From Eledone cirrhosa (taxonomy: Eukaryota): DNA of 64,000 nt. The position numbers and the translations under genes were made by a program. Below the pieces are notes generated by a model. That model ran no database searches, was not told the origin of the DNA, and worked only from the letters and a program-made list of their open reading frames with translations. Shown here piece after piece: positions 1 through 16,300 of the stretch; the first letter of the stretch is position 1; every line of letters begins with the position of its first letter. The DNA lies in contig OZ024740.1 of the NCBI GenBank assembly GCA_964016885.1, positions 129,828,001 through 129,892,000 of the forward strand, read 5' to 3'.

Positions 1-685
1 AGACACTGAATTATACATATTCTCAAAGCGCCCCAAGTTCACATACATATATACACATACAAAGTACACAAATACGTACACGATATGTTCTTACAGACAT
101 GTATTTTCAACTTATATATTTGGAAGAGAATGACTTCTGACGTTTGTTATTCATGACATATTATATTCGTATAAGCCATATAAGGTTATAAAGGCAACTG
201 ACACCCAATAAAATCCATAAAGTTTTTGTTGTCATACCAACCATACATCAAACATATATAAACACCTAAGCTAAAATTTACATGATATATCCCGATGCAA
301 ATTGAAAAACCATGTCTTAGAATTGTTGCCTTCTATAAAAATAAATCATATATTCTTCACTGGCCGACATCTGAAAGGATATGTAAGTAAGTGAACTTCT
401 GTAACTATGTTAGATAAAATATTTTCGAAGATCTGACTGAAAATAAATTGATTTTTTTTTCTTTTGTGGTTTTCCTGAAATATTCCATTACACTATCACT
501 GAACAGCATAATCATATATAGCAAGGGAGGTATAATATAAACATTGTTGAATAATGTTAGTTCTCATATTATCGTATATTAAAGGTACACATGATATATG
601 CATATCTTTATATTCCACTCTCAATGTAACTCTCTACACATCCATCTCTTTCACCCTCACTCTCCTCTCTTACTTCACAAAACAA

Positions 686-858
686 ACATACACACACACA
701 CAAAATCATGCAAAACATATACAAACACACATATTTATGAATATATATATATATATACATAACTAAATATATATATATATATAATATGCTTACACACGCA
801 CACACATACGCAGACGCACACACACACACACACACACGCATACACACACACACACACA

Positions 859-957
<99 letters not shown>

Positions 958-966
958 CATATATAT
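686..966. repeat. (CA)n/(TA)n microsatellite tract, representative of dozens of (TA)n, (CA)n, (GA)n, (TAGA)n and (AAT)n tracts in the window
   Basis: Simple repeats directly visible; they explain the [12 protein letters not shown] ORFs in the ORF track. Confidence 0.98.
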
Positions 967-1016
967 AGAATAGAAAAGGAAAAAATCAGTGATGCATCTG
1001 AACTCAATTTATTGTG

Positions 1017-1330
1017 TGTTACAATTGTTTCCCCGGTGGACAGCTCGAGATGCGATCATTAAGTGGATCTGTTTGATTATGGACCCGCAGGTTCGACGGA
1101 CGCGTCTAATGATTTCGGACCATATTCTCTCGCTGGGGTATCTGACCATCTGGGCCAGTACCGTCAAAAAATGTCGTCGTCTTCGCGTGTCCTATGATTG
1201 GCCGCTGGTTGTCGACGTCATCATAATCCTGACCATAGGTACCAGTCCACTGACCATCAGGGCCTTAGCTGTCACATGTCTGCTACACTTCAATAAATAC
1301 TGCTGCGCTTGGTTGTTCACACATCCACGC
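1017..1330 (+). mobile_element. Possible solo-LTR fragment
   Basis: GC-richer island starting TGTTACA (1017) with AATAAA at 1292-1297. No partner LTR, PBS or clear TSD seen. Confidence 0.3.
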
Positions 1331-1376
1331 GCGCACGCGCGCAAATACGCACGCACACACACACAAGCACAGAGAT

Positions 1377-1557
1377 AATTGTTTCTATTTTAGCCACAAG
1401 GCCAGCAATTAACCAGTACATTACTGGTACTTTATTTTATCGACCTCGTAAGGATGAAAGGCAAAGTTAACCTCGGCGGGATTTGAACTCAGATCATAAA
1501 GGGACGTAACTCTATGCTTCAATGCATGGTGTCCGACTCTCTACCTATACTGCCAAT
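1377..1557 (-). mobile_element. tRNA-derived SINE (octopus-type)
   Basis: Shares core ggcacaaggccagcaatt...ctggtacttt..atcgacc..aaggatgaaaggcaaagt..cctcggcgggatttgaactcag with five other copies; B-box GTTCAAATCC on -. Confidence 0.88.
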
Positions 1558-1799
1558 GACAGTCATACTCATAGTTGCTCGCTATACACACACATTTAAG
1601 GAGAACATATAAATATACGCATACATGCATCCAAAGTGGCACGTACACACACAGACACATACCCACTTGCCTATATACATCAACATACACACACACATAT
1701 ATGTGAATACACATGCAGACGCGTATATATACGCGTACACACAAACACGTACAGACATATACATAGACAACCTATATACATAGACCTCCCCCCATATAT

Positions 1800-3240
<1,441 letters not shown>

Positions 3241-3254
3241 TATGTATATAAAAA

Positions 3255-3284
<30 letters not shown>

Positions 3285-3288
<4 letters not shown>

Positions 3289-3865
3289 TATGTACACGTA
3301 CATACATATATGTTTACAGACGTATAGTAGTATGTATATATATATACATACATGCACACATATATATATATATGTCCGTATGGATTCACCGAACACTTAT
3401 TATAATGCTAGGTGTGTTTGTAAACAAACATCCCGTATTAAGCCGTAGTGTCCAACAACCATCTTGCTAGTTTGTTCAACACTGACAAAGAAACGCTGTA
3501 CTCGTTTCAAGCTTATTAGCTATCGTCTGCAACGTATACCTACCTGCCAGTTTGTTGAACGTATATACGTAGCTTATGCATATTAACAGCTGAGAAGCCC
3601 AATTTGCATATCGAGTGGGTTAATCGGCCGGGTGCACCGCAAACGATAAACGGAAAAAATGCAGCGAAATTTCATTTCCCACTCTTAGTACGGCTGTTAC
3701 TTAAATATAAGTATGTACACGTACATACATATATGTATACAGACGTACAGTTGTATGTATATATATATATACATTACATGCACACATATATGTATATGTA
3801 CGTATGGATGCACCGATCATTTATTATAATACTCGGTGTGTTTGTAAACAAACATCCCGTATATA
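3285..3865 (-). mobile_element. Family A HHR-bearing repeat (retrozyme-like), ~1.3 units
   Basis: Homologous to 19242-20282. HHR at 3494-3534 reads cgttg-CAGACGA-tagct-aata-agctt-GAAAC-ga-GTA-cagcg (U4 mutated). Confidence 0.75.
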
Positions 3866-3867
3866 TC

Positions 3868-3905
<38 letters not shown>

Positions 3906-3930
3906 GCGTGTGTATATATATATATGTATA

Positions 3931-3983
<53 letters not shown>

Positions 3984-4855
3984 TCGCGTGCGTGCGTGTG
4001 ATTAGATGTACATGTATGTATAAATATGTGCTTCGTGGGTATGTATGCGCGCTTTTGTATGTATGTATGTATGTATGTATGTATGTGCTTTTGTTTGTAC
4101 ATATTTATATATATATATTTATATATATATATATATATGTGTGTGTATGAACGTCTGTATGTTTTCTATTTTTTCCAATGTTACTTTATAATTGATAACG
4201 CCTCATTCTTACTTTCTCATGATTTAATGTTGTTATTCTCATATATCTTTTCATTTTTACTATTACATATTTTATATGTTTATATGTGCATCGACCTTCA
4301 GCCTGACACTGCTTTGACTAATACACTCCCGTCCATGTATATATCACATGCATGTATATGGTTGCGCGTGTGTGTGTGTTTATACCCGTGCTTTCATACT
4401 TGTATGTGTATATATTTCAATCCTTAGTCCCTGAGTCTGTATGTACGCTAACTCTATTATCTTACAATTTCTTTTTTCAACATATATTATGTACGTATTT
4501 GTGGTCACACATACACTGATATGCTTGCCCTCATATATGTACTTACGCACATATTTTTTCACTATACACATGCATTTGTACATACGCACAAATGCATATT
4601 TGTAGGTGCATATACGCACATTTATACACATACTCTTACTATATTTTCTTATTATATTTTTATATATCTGTTGCATTACTTTTATTTATATATTTATTTT
4701 GCCCGTTTAACTTTTGCCTTTCTTGAGGAGATTTTTCAAATATTTCACTATGTTTTAAATTGCCTGTCTAACGAACGAATGAGGACGTTTCTTGTATTCA
4801 TCTTATTCAGGAAACATCTGATAATGAGGTAATTATATTGTATTGTTTATTATAG

Positions 4856-4894
<39 letters not shown>

Positions 4895-5620
4895 CCAGTG
4901 AGTTCCTCCACAGATTAGGAAGATGAGTTGCAAGTTGGTGTCGACACACCTTCAGGACACAAGCAGGGAACATGTCGGGGCCTACTGCTGAATTGTGTTT
5001 AATTTCTTTTATTGCCGGTAAGACATCAGGGGCCAAACGTTATGACTGATATAGTGTGTTGGGGATTAATATCACTGATACGGCCCAGATCGGCCATATA
5101 AGGATTGCTGAAAACAGAGCAGTATTGTTTCTGCAGTATCTCGCCCATAGTTTTGGCGTTGTCCTGGAGTGTGCCATTTTCATCAACTAGGGGGCCAACA
5201 GTGGAGAGGTGACCTTGTGTTTTTTAGCAAATTCAAAGAACACTTTGGGGTTGAGTTTGATTTTCTCAATGGCCGACCTCTCTTCAGCTAATCTCTGGTT
5301 ATTGATGATGGTCATCATGCATTGATGGAGGTTACATTTTTTGGACTCAAGCAGGGTGATAGCCAATGAATGTGTGTGTTGCTGTTGGCAGTATGTTATG
5401 TGTTAATTTCTTTTGTTCTTTTTATTTTTCTGATAATTGTTTTTCTATATTGTGGAATACTGCACTTGGTTTTGTTCACAGGTTTTGGTGGTGTGTGTTT
5501 TGTACATATATTTGTGACAGTGTCTACAAAGATCTGCCAAGATTTTTTGATGTTGGTGGAAGTGTGTGCGTGTGTAAAAGACTAGTCGACATGTGATAAT
5601 TCGTTCATAATTGCATCGCA
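4895..5620 (-). pseudogene. Non-LTR retrotransposon ORF2 fragment (CR1/L2-group-like, region just upstream of RT)
   Basis: Hand translation on -: IEKIKLNPKVFFEFAKK..GPLVDENG..MGEILQKQYCSVFSNP..SAVGPDMFPACVLKVC..LWRNSLD, with a frameshift. Confidence 0.7.
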
Positions 5621-5684
5621 GTTGGCATTGTGGAGATCCATGTTATCAAATATATATAAATATAATATATTTGTATATATATAT

Positions 5685-6625
<941 letters not shown>

Positions 6626-6664
6626 TTTATAGTTATATATATATAAATAATATATTTGTATATA

Positions 6665-7401
6665 TCTATCTATATATATAAAATAGAGGATGTCTGTCTG
6701 TGTGTCTGTTTCTCTAAAACTCGAGAAGTACCGAACCGTTTTTTTTCAAACTTTACACATGTAAGCCGTATGACCCCGGAAGTGTTTTGAGAAAAACATT
6801 TCAAATTATTCTGACCTAGGGATCGAATTAGTGAAGTGGCCAATGTCTGTACATAATGAGTGAGTGAGAGGGGAGAGACGGAAACGGAGGGGCGTAGTGA
6901 AGATGTGGTTCTCTACTCCTTCTCCCCATTCGTTACAGCGTTTTTTCGATACAGGGCAGAAATGTGAACGAGTTACAGAGAGAAAGAGTGAGAGTGAATG
7001 AACAGACAGACTAAAAGAGGGGGATATCAGGAGAGAAAGAGAGAGAGACAGACGCCGTCTTTTGAGAATTGTATGCGTCAAAGTTACATGACAGTGGAAT
7101 AACTATTGCGTGTGTGTTTGAGTTTGTGTGCGTTTGCATGCGTGAGTGAGTATGTGTCCATGAGTTGATTGTAAACTCTCTCACATGGTCTGATGGAATT
7201 AACCCTTTAGCATTTAAATTACTCTATATATACTATATTATTTTCATGGTAAAGGCTTTATCTTACATAATATAAAAATCTCATATATTTAATATTATTT
7301 ATTTTGAGAACAATACCTTAACAATTTAGTATTAATGTGAGTGTGTTATAAAGAGAAGAGTGAGAGTGAAAGAAACAGACAAACTAAAAGAAAGGGATAG
7401 C

Positions 7402-7492
<91 letters not shown>

Positions 7493-8020
7493 GCTGGAAG
7501 AGGGGAAGGAAAGCTATATTTCTTGCTGTCTGCATTACGATACATATATATTTACTCACACACACTGATTGCGGCATAATGACGTGATGCAGACAGCCGG
7601 ACATACAGACAGATATTATAAAGGCGCAACGTTATATCTATGTATCTATCTAAAAATTGAGACTATGAGTTATAGAGAGAGATCGCTAAATCGCATAATC
7701 CGGTCTCTAGGGCATTGAACATTTGAAATATTTTTGCTCAAAAGACTCGCAGGACCATAAGTATTACATGTGTAAAGTTTGAAAACAATCGGTTGGATGG
7801 TTCTCAAGTTTTAGTGAGCTGACAGACAGACAGACATTCTTTGTTTTAGATAAATACATATATATATATAATTATAAATTCGTGTACAGATATATTTGCA
7901 TACACAATAACATAATATAAATAAACGTATTTATTTCACGAGTCTCAATAAGGATAAATATATATAAAATATATAAGAACCCTAGAGCAAATCCCGAGTA
8001 ACGTCGGGCCATTCTGCTAG
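6665..8020 (+). mobile_element. Non-autonomous Helitron-like element
   Basis: 5' TC(TA)n start; internal inverted repeats (~6690-6765 vs ~7765-7840); 3' hairpin cccga/tcggg (7993-8008) then CTAG (8017-8020) followed by T. Confidence 0.65.
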
Positions 8021-8051
<31 letters not shown>

Positions 8052-8075
8052 ATACATATATACATATACAAATAC

Positions 8076-8125
<50 letters not shown>

Positions 8126-8128
<3 letters not shown>

Positions 8129-8589
8129 GTTGCCAATAAGAAACACACGCACCATTGCTTCACTTCAATTTATTATAATAAATTTATAAATTTATGGTTG
8201 GTTGGTTGGTTCCACAACCAGATAGTTGTTTATATATTGTCAAATTTCTTTCGTCACACATTCTGTGACCTCTTCAGTGACTGGGTATTATTTTCTTTGT
8301 TTTTGTGCCTCTCTTTTGTTCTGTCCTACGCCATTTTGTTTATGTGTAGAATGCACACACACAGAAACAAAGTGGCGTAGGAACGAACAAAGGAGAGGCA
8401 CAAAAACAAAGAAAATAATCCCTATTCACTGAAGAGGTCACAGAATGTGTGACGAAAGAACTTTGACAATATATAAACAACTATCTGTTTGTGGAACCAA
8501 CCAACCAACCAACCAACCAGAAATTTATAAATTTATTATAATAATTGAAGTGAAAGCAACTGGTGCGTGTGTTTCTTATTGGCAACATG
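8126..8589. repeat. Imperfect ~460-bp palindrome with an HHR-like motif in each arm
   Basis: Arms reverse-complementary around ~8353. + arm: CTGAAGA(8429)-g-gtcaca-gaatg-tgtgac-GAAAG-aa-CTT-tgac. Confidence 0.85.
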
Positions 8590-8659
8590 ACCTTCCCAAA
8601 GTATAACAATATCGGTTTCATCACACGTTTTAAGATAAATAATCTTGCTAAACAAATTC

Positions 8660-8730
<71 letters not shown>

Positions 8731-8747
8731 CATATATATATATATTT

Positions 8748-8829
<82 letters not shown>

Positions 8830-8839
8830 TGATAAATCT

Positions 8840-9069
8840 ACACGGGTGTGTATAATTGTGTATAGAAGTCAAGTTTGCAATTTTTGAAAATTGCAAACTA
8901 GACTGTCACCACATATTATGAACCTGAAGATTGCGACAGCATGAACTTACTTGTTCAATTAACACTTAGAATTTAATATTCTATCATACAATTTCATTAT
9001 AATACCATTATAAATTTTAAAGGATTGTAAATAAAACGAGTAAATCAGACAAAGTTAGAATTCCTCTTA

Positions 9070-9075
<6 letters not shown>
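8840..9075 (+). repeat. Family H fragment (HHR-like; also at 29768-30170)
   Basis: Matches ~29930-30135; tgaac-CTGAAGA-ttgc-GACAG...CTT-gttca. Confidence 0.7.
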
Positions 9076-9165
<90 letters not shown>

Positions 9166-9314
9166 CATATATATATATATGTAGATAAATCTACCAAGAG
9201 TTTACGGTAGTGTCCAATCCGTATGAAGAACTCAATGTATTCCGGATATCATGGAAAGAAGAGATGTAATGAAAAATCACTTTCGGTGAAAGATAAACGG
9301 TATACAGAGTCAAG

Positions 9315-9903
<589 letters not shown>

Positions 9904-10182
9904 ATATTGATTAGTTAAGCAAAAGAAGACCATACATTTGACAAGGATGACATTATTACATAGTGAAATAACAACATTTGGAACATTACATTTATGTAAT
10001 ATTCTTTCCTCATTTTAATTTATATTCCTTTTGATGTTCCCATGAGCTGGTCTATTTTTGCCTATCTTAATTATTTTCAACTGAACCAGTTCAATAATGG
10101 TATATAATCATTTGATCCAGAAATATTATATGGAGTAGCGAAACAATTGTAAACGGACATTATTATTATTAATATTATTTAA

Positions 10183-10372
10183 AGTGCGGTGGATTGGCAG
10201 TATCGGTAGAGGGTCGGACACCATGTTTGACACATGGAGTTACGGCCCTTGCCATTCTCAGTTCAAATCCAGCCGAGGTTAAATTTGGCTTTTATCCTTA
10301 CGGGGTCGATAAAATAAAGTACCAGTAATTCACCGGCTAATTGTTGGCCTTGTGCCTAACGGAGAAACAATT
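10183..10372 (+). mobile_element. tRNA-derived SINE, full length
   Basis: A-box-like TGGCAGTATCGG, B-box GTTCAAATCC at 10261, tail ggccttgtgcctaacggagaaacaatt followed by (ATT)n. Confidence 0.88.
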
Positions 10373-10667
10373 ATTATTGATATTATTATTATTCTCTACA
10401 TTACTTACATCAAACTGAAATATGTTGACAATCTTTTAATAACGTATTCCTTGAGAAATGTGTGGGCATGTTTGGCTTAATTAATGAACATTTCCAGCTC
10501 TGTGCACCTAACCTCTGCATGAACCCAGCCACCTAATGCCTTCCACTGCATAAAGCACATTGAGCCTTTACGCTTTGGCTTCTAACTAATTTACCAATCT
10601 TTCCTCTCCTAACACCTCTCCTATCTCCATCTCTCTCTTTAATATATATATAATATATTTGTATATA

Positions 10668-10710
<43 letters not shown>

Positions 10711-10771
10711 TATATTTGTATATATTTATATTTATATATATATAATATAATTATATAATATATATATATAT

Positions 10772-10857
10772 AATTGTTTCTACTTTTGGCACAAGGCCAG
10801 TAATTATCCCAGTGTATTACTGGTACTTATTTTTATCGACCCAGTAAGGATGAAAGG
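10772..10857 (-). mobile_element. SINE, 5'-truncated
   Basis: Same SINE 3' half. Confidence 0.85.
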
Positions 10858-12512
10858 ACTAACCGCATGTGACTTCAAGACCCGGCTATACCAACATAGA
10901 CATACATACCTTCCGAAACCTGGCCCGGCGTCACGCCACTACATTTTAGGGCCACATATGGGACCTCAAGTATAACAACATTACCTATGATCTCACTTGG
11001 AGATTACTGTCCAGAGACAACTCTTACACGGGAGGACGCCGTCCGTGCAATTTATGCTCGGAGGAAACTTTACAAATGCTGTTTTCGACGGACTAACACC
11101 TAAACAAGAAAGATGAACTGGTTACAGCATTTAAACATAGAATAGTAAGACTTACCTCGCCATCAAACCCCATAATGACACGGGGGGTAGACTAGGGCTA
11201 TAACACCCCACTTGCCGATTTTGTAATGGGTAACCCCTGCTTGCCAAGGGAGACGTAAGATCTTTTTATTTTTTTTTTATTCTTTTATCGCTTCCTCTAT
11301 ATTTCCTTCTTCCCCCCATCCCTCCCTAGCCATTCTACCCCAGTTCTTTTTCTTTTTCGGCGTATTTTTCTCGACCACCCGAGGCAGCCCTTTGGCCCCT
11401 TGTAGACTCTACCCCCACCCCCTCCCCTAGTCTATGATAGATTTGGTGGACTCCGCTTTTTATAGCAGTTGTGTTAGACCTCGGATACTTGCCCCCTTAT
11501 CCGACCGCTCCCCCTTTTTTCCGTGCCTTCTATATTTCTTAGTGGCACCTCTGCCTTAATTTCTCGTTTCTAGTATTTCTTTCTTCTCTTTTCTTTTGGG
11601 CGGGGTGGATTCTGAATTTATTTTTCCGTATTCTACTTTTACCTCGTACGAACTTTCATGTAGCTTGTATAAGAACTTTTGTAGCGTGGCGCTACCATTA
11701 GAGTTAGCATTAGTATATTTTTTTCGGGACTCAGAATTTATTATCTCGTACTAGTTTACTTTTCTGCACTGGGTGGTTGCTGGCCTTCTGCGCGGGGTAG
11801 AAACCTTTATTAATTATTTCGTGGTAGTTTCTTTAGTATTTTGGCCCCCATTGTTGACCCGTCACCGTATGATATACGTACTTATACCTCTTAAAAGGGT
11901 CCTTTCCTATTCCGTCCCACCTAGTTTATTTACTTATTTTATTATTTTATTATTTTATTATTTTTTTTATTTATTTATTTCTTTATTTCTTTATTTCTTT
12001 ATTTCTTTATTTCTTTATTTATTTCTTTATTTCTTTCTTTATTTATTTATTTATCTAGCCTAGCAATAGCTAGAGACTTATTTCGTAGAAATTGCTTATA
12101 TTTTTTTCTTTACATTTATTCGCTTTTTATCACTCTCAGTATTTTTTTTCATATATATATATATTTTTACCCCTCATTGTTCTACTTACCGTTTCGACTT
12201 CCTCCCCCTCCCCTCCCTAGTATCTTCTTTGACCTCATGCCCAGCTGTAGCCGGCACTACCAACGCATGATTGAGTCTACTCCACCCCCTCCCCTTTTTC
12301 TCCTACTGGCAGGTTTAGCCACCCTCTCCGCCACTAATTTGCCATCACAGAATTACTACTAACTTGTGACCAATCCTTGTGACATTCACTTTGACCATAT
12401 ATGGAATTACCTCTTGAGAAGCTCGGGTATTTATATACCAGGATACATTTTCATTTAGTCAAGAATTAGCCGTCGAAACGGCTTGAGCTCAGTCGACGGG
12501 GTCTTACTGGTT
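10857..12512 (+). mobile_element. Penelope-like element 3' remnant: GIY-YIG C-terminal half plus 3' region ending in a decayed HHR (family E)
   Basis: Hand translation: GLTACDFKTRLYQH...HIWDLKYNNITYDLTWRLLSRDNSYTGGRRPCNLCSEE...LNKKDEL..KH. tagccgtcGAAACggctt at ~12467-12485 is shared with 27560-27585 and 42665-42720. Confidence 0.7.
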
Positions 12513-12594
12513 CATATATATATATAGATATATATAAGTTGAAATAAAATGAAAACGAAATTTCATTTCTCAATCTTAGTACACACATACTTAC

Positions 12595-12625
<31 letters not shown>

Positions 12626-13010
12626 CATATATTTAAATACTTAATATATATATATTTAAATACTTAATAAGTGTTAGTTTGTATTTGTACTAATCTGTAT
12701 ATGTATAGAGATATATGTATATATATACATATATTAAGCTTTTTATTATCACCATCTATTATATTATATTATACTCGCATTATATTACCATTTGTGTTTC
12801 AAGTTTTTGCATTATACAATATTTGCAGTGTGGGTTCAACATGTTAACCACTTCCTTGCTATTTGGTCCATATCTATGTTTGTAACTGCTCACTCTTAAT
12901 CTTAGACAACTTTTCTTTGATATCTTTCCTAAGCTTTAATTTATGTATACTCCCTATTCTTCTGAATTTTTGGCTTGTATTGGCCGATAGTGCTTCTTGT
13001 AGCTTTACTT

Positions 13011-13050
13011 GCCCTGGTGAGTCCTTAATAGGACGAAACATTGTTGGCTA
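13011..13050 (+). ncRNA. Type I hammerhead with one core mutation
   Basis: gcc-CTGGTGA-gtcct-taat-aggac-GAAAC-att-GTT-ggc. Helix II is perfect; A6 is changed to G. Confidence 0.7.
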
Positions 13051-13221
13051 TTAAAGACTTTTGATGTATTGAAGGCTTCTTTGGTTTATTTTTTATAATT
13101 CTTCGGCTCTGTTTAATTACATTGAGCTATATCCTATACTGTCATTTCTATAATATGAAGAGGGTATTTAACTCCAACACAATCTAGCATTTTAATTCTT
13201 ATATGTATATATATATATATG

Positions 13222-13284
<63 letters not shown>

Positions 13285-13319
13285 CAATGTAGAGAGGAGA
13301 CACACGAGTTAGGCTATAA

Positions 13320-16300
13320 ATATATATATGAAAACAGGGAGAAAGGGACGATTATGAGGAGGGAAAATATCATGTTTTCCTATATTTGTTTCTCTCTCTC
13401 TTTTTTCTGGGTTAGATAATGATTAAAACGAAATGTTTACTTTGTGTCAAGTGTTACGTTATTGATTTATTTATTATTTAACAATGGCATTTATTTATAT
13501 ATTTATATATTTATATATTTAATTATTGTCTATTACCGGTTTCAGCATTTATATCCATTATCAAATGATAGTGGAATGTATTAGTGTGGTGTCGCACATG
13601 TTAAACAAAAGGTGCAGAAAGAATAATGTTATATATAGGGGACAATACAACCACACCAGACACCCTAACCACTACAACCACCATATCTACACACCATAAA
13701 ACAGCAACAACAGGACTCAATATGAACACACAAGACAACCCTACTACAACTACTACCAAGTCTACACACTCTACAACAACAGCCGTGATCAACACTACCA
13801 CACGATACAACCCAACTTCACACACTATAACCACGTCCATCAGATCTACATACCCTTCAACAACATCAGCAGGGCTCAATACAACCACACGATACAACCT
13901 AAACTCAACAACCACCACAGCTACACACCATCTTACAACAACAACAGGAGCCAATACAACTATAACAGACAACCAAACTTCAACATCCATCACAACTTCC
14001 GTAATCATTTTTTAGAAGTAGCACAGAGACACAGGATTACAAGATAACACAAAACACACAGGAGACACAAAATGCAATAAAAATTGTAAATTTAACCTCC
14101 AAAGTATTAACAACAGACCAAATCAACATACTCTCCAAAGCTCTAATATTGACACCAACTCCCCAACAACCAAACTACTCCGAGATGAATGAAGATATTG
14201 CAGAATGCTGTAGAAAACTAATACTCAGCGAACAACTATACAACAAATACAATGAGGATGACTCAGTAGCCAGAAATAGAAGCAACTACACCCCACCAAA
14301 AGGCAAGAATACATTCCTCGATCAATTCTGCGAACACATTACTAATTACCCATACCACCACCTACACAGACATAAACAAAAACAAAAAAGAATGGACTGG
14401 TCTTAACAGTCTAAAAAACGACAAAACCCTAACAATCATAGAGGCAGATAAAGGGAGTGCAGTAGTCCTTATGGAGACATATTATTACACAACTCTAGTA
14501 TTCTCAACTCTAGAAAACGAAACATATTATGAAAAGGCCCAATACTATACACAACAGAAAATAATGAGAAACCTAAAATCCCTAACAACCCTTTATTAAA
14601 GAAGGTCTTACAGAAAAGGAATACAACTACATCACCAATTTCAAAAGCAGAACCAGCCTCTTCTAAGCTATCCCCAAGACACACAAAAGCGAAGTAATAG
14701 GCAGGGTCTGCAAGCAAGTCAAAGACGTTTACATCAATATAGCCCCTCCTGATGACCTTAATTTAAGACCCGTAATAGCAGGCACCACATGTGAAAACCA
14801 CCGCCTAAGCAACTACCTAGATATTCTGCTTAAACATTTCCTAAAACATTTAAAAAGCTTCATAAGGGACGACCTTGACATGCTCAACCACCTCTCAACA
14901 ACACTCAATAACGAACATACCCTACTAGTAACCTTTGATGTCACCAATTTATATTCCAATATCCCACACAACCTAGGTATATAGGCAATACAATTCTGGA
15001 TAGAAAATTTCCCTAGTGAACTTCCACAGTGCATCCCTAAAGAATTTGTGTTGGAGGGACTCAAATTCATCTTGGGAAACAATTTCTTCGAATTCAATGC
15101 CACATACTACAGACAGTAATCTGGGACTGCCATGGGCACGAAAGTGGCCCCCTCATATGCCAACCTTGTCATGGATATTTGGAAACCATTCTCTACCGCA
15201 AAGTTCTAGACAAATACGGCAACCACTTCTACCAACACATAGAAATGAACTGAAAGTGATATCTGGACGACTGCTTCATCCTCTGGCATGAAAGTATAGA
15301 TAGACTGTTTGAGTTCAAAACACTTCTGAATGGGCTCAACCCTAACTTACAATTCACAATGGATTACAGCCATGAACAACTCCCTTTCCTCGACATCCCC
15401 ATCAAGAAAACAAGCAACAAAATAGAACAGACATATACTACAAACCCACAGACTCCAAACAATATATCTTCCATTTTACTCGTGCCACCCTAGACACACC
15501 AAAATGGCAATTCCTTATAACCTAGCCAGAAGGATCTGCAGAATAGTTTCAGATAAATACACATGCTACACACGACTAGAAGAATTTAAAAAAAAAACTT
15601 ATCAGCAGAAACTACCCACCATCCCTAATCACCAATGGATTCGAACGTGCCCTAAAACTAGACATCCAGGAACTCAAACACCCCAAACCCATGAGTGAAC
15701 TGCAACAAAAAACTCTACCATATATCTCCACAAACAACCCCCTCAACAATGAGGCATTCGACACCATCCTCCAGAACATTCCTTTACTAAAAAGAGACCC
15801 AAGAATGAACAATATCCTCCAAACACACAACATCATAAAGAGCAAAAGACAACCCAAATCCATAACAAACATCCTCACACAAGCCAACATTCAACAAACC
15901 CTCACAATGAACCCTACAGTAACAAGATGCGGGAGGCCCAACTGAGGAATACAAATAAATCTAATAGAAGATTCAACATTCCATTTTAAACAAGGACAAC
16001 GTTTCACAGTTAAACACAACTTTACATGTGCATCTGAAAACCTTATCTATGTTTTGACATGCTCATAGGACAGACAAAAAACAGCCTCCGTCAATGTATG
16101 ACCGTCCATAAATCACAAATTAAAATACAGGAATACAGAAAGATTGCATTTAGTGAACATATCGCCATTTGTGCTCTCAACCAACATCCAAACTTTAAGA
16201 TTTTCCCCATTTACAAATTCATAGACAACGCTACTTTCATCCAACGTACCAATAAGGAAACACATTTCATTAATAAATTTCAACCACTACTCAATGCCCT

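Noticed and set aside
9200-9312. ATGAAGA...TAAAC-g-GTA hammerhead-like relic
   Set aside because: Two core mutations and unconvincing helices; could be chance in AT-rich DNA.
10183-10280. tRNA gene
   Set aside because: A and B boxes belong to the SINE head; no cloverleaf, and it continues into the SINE body.
13626-14015. Mucin-like Thr-rich host gene
   Set aside because: Lies inside the PLE between the pLTR and RT; ACA-rich low complexity, no signal peptide or splice evidence.
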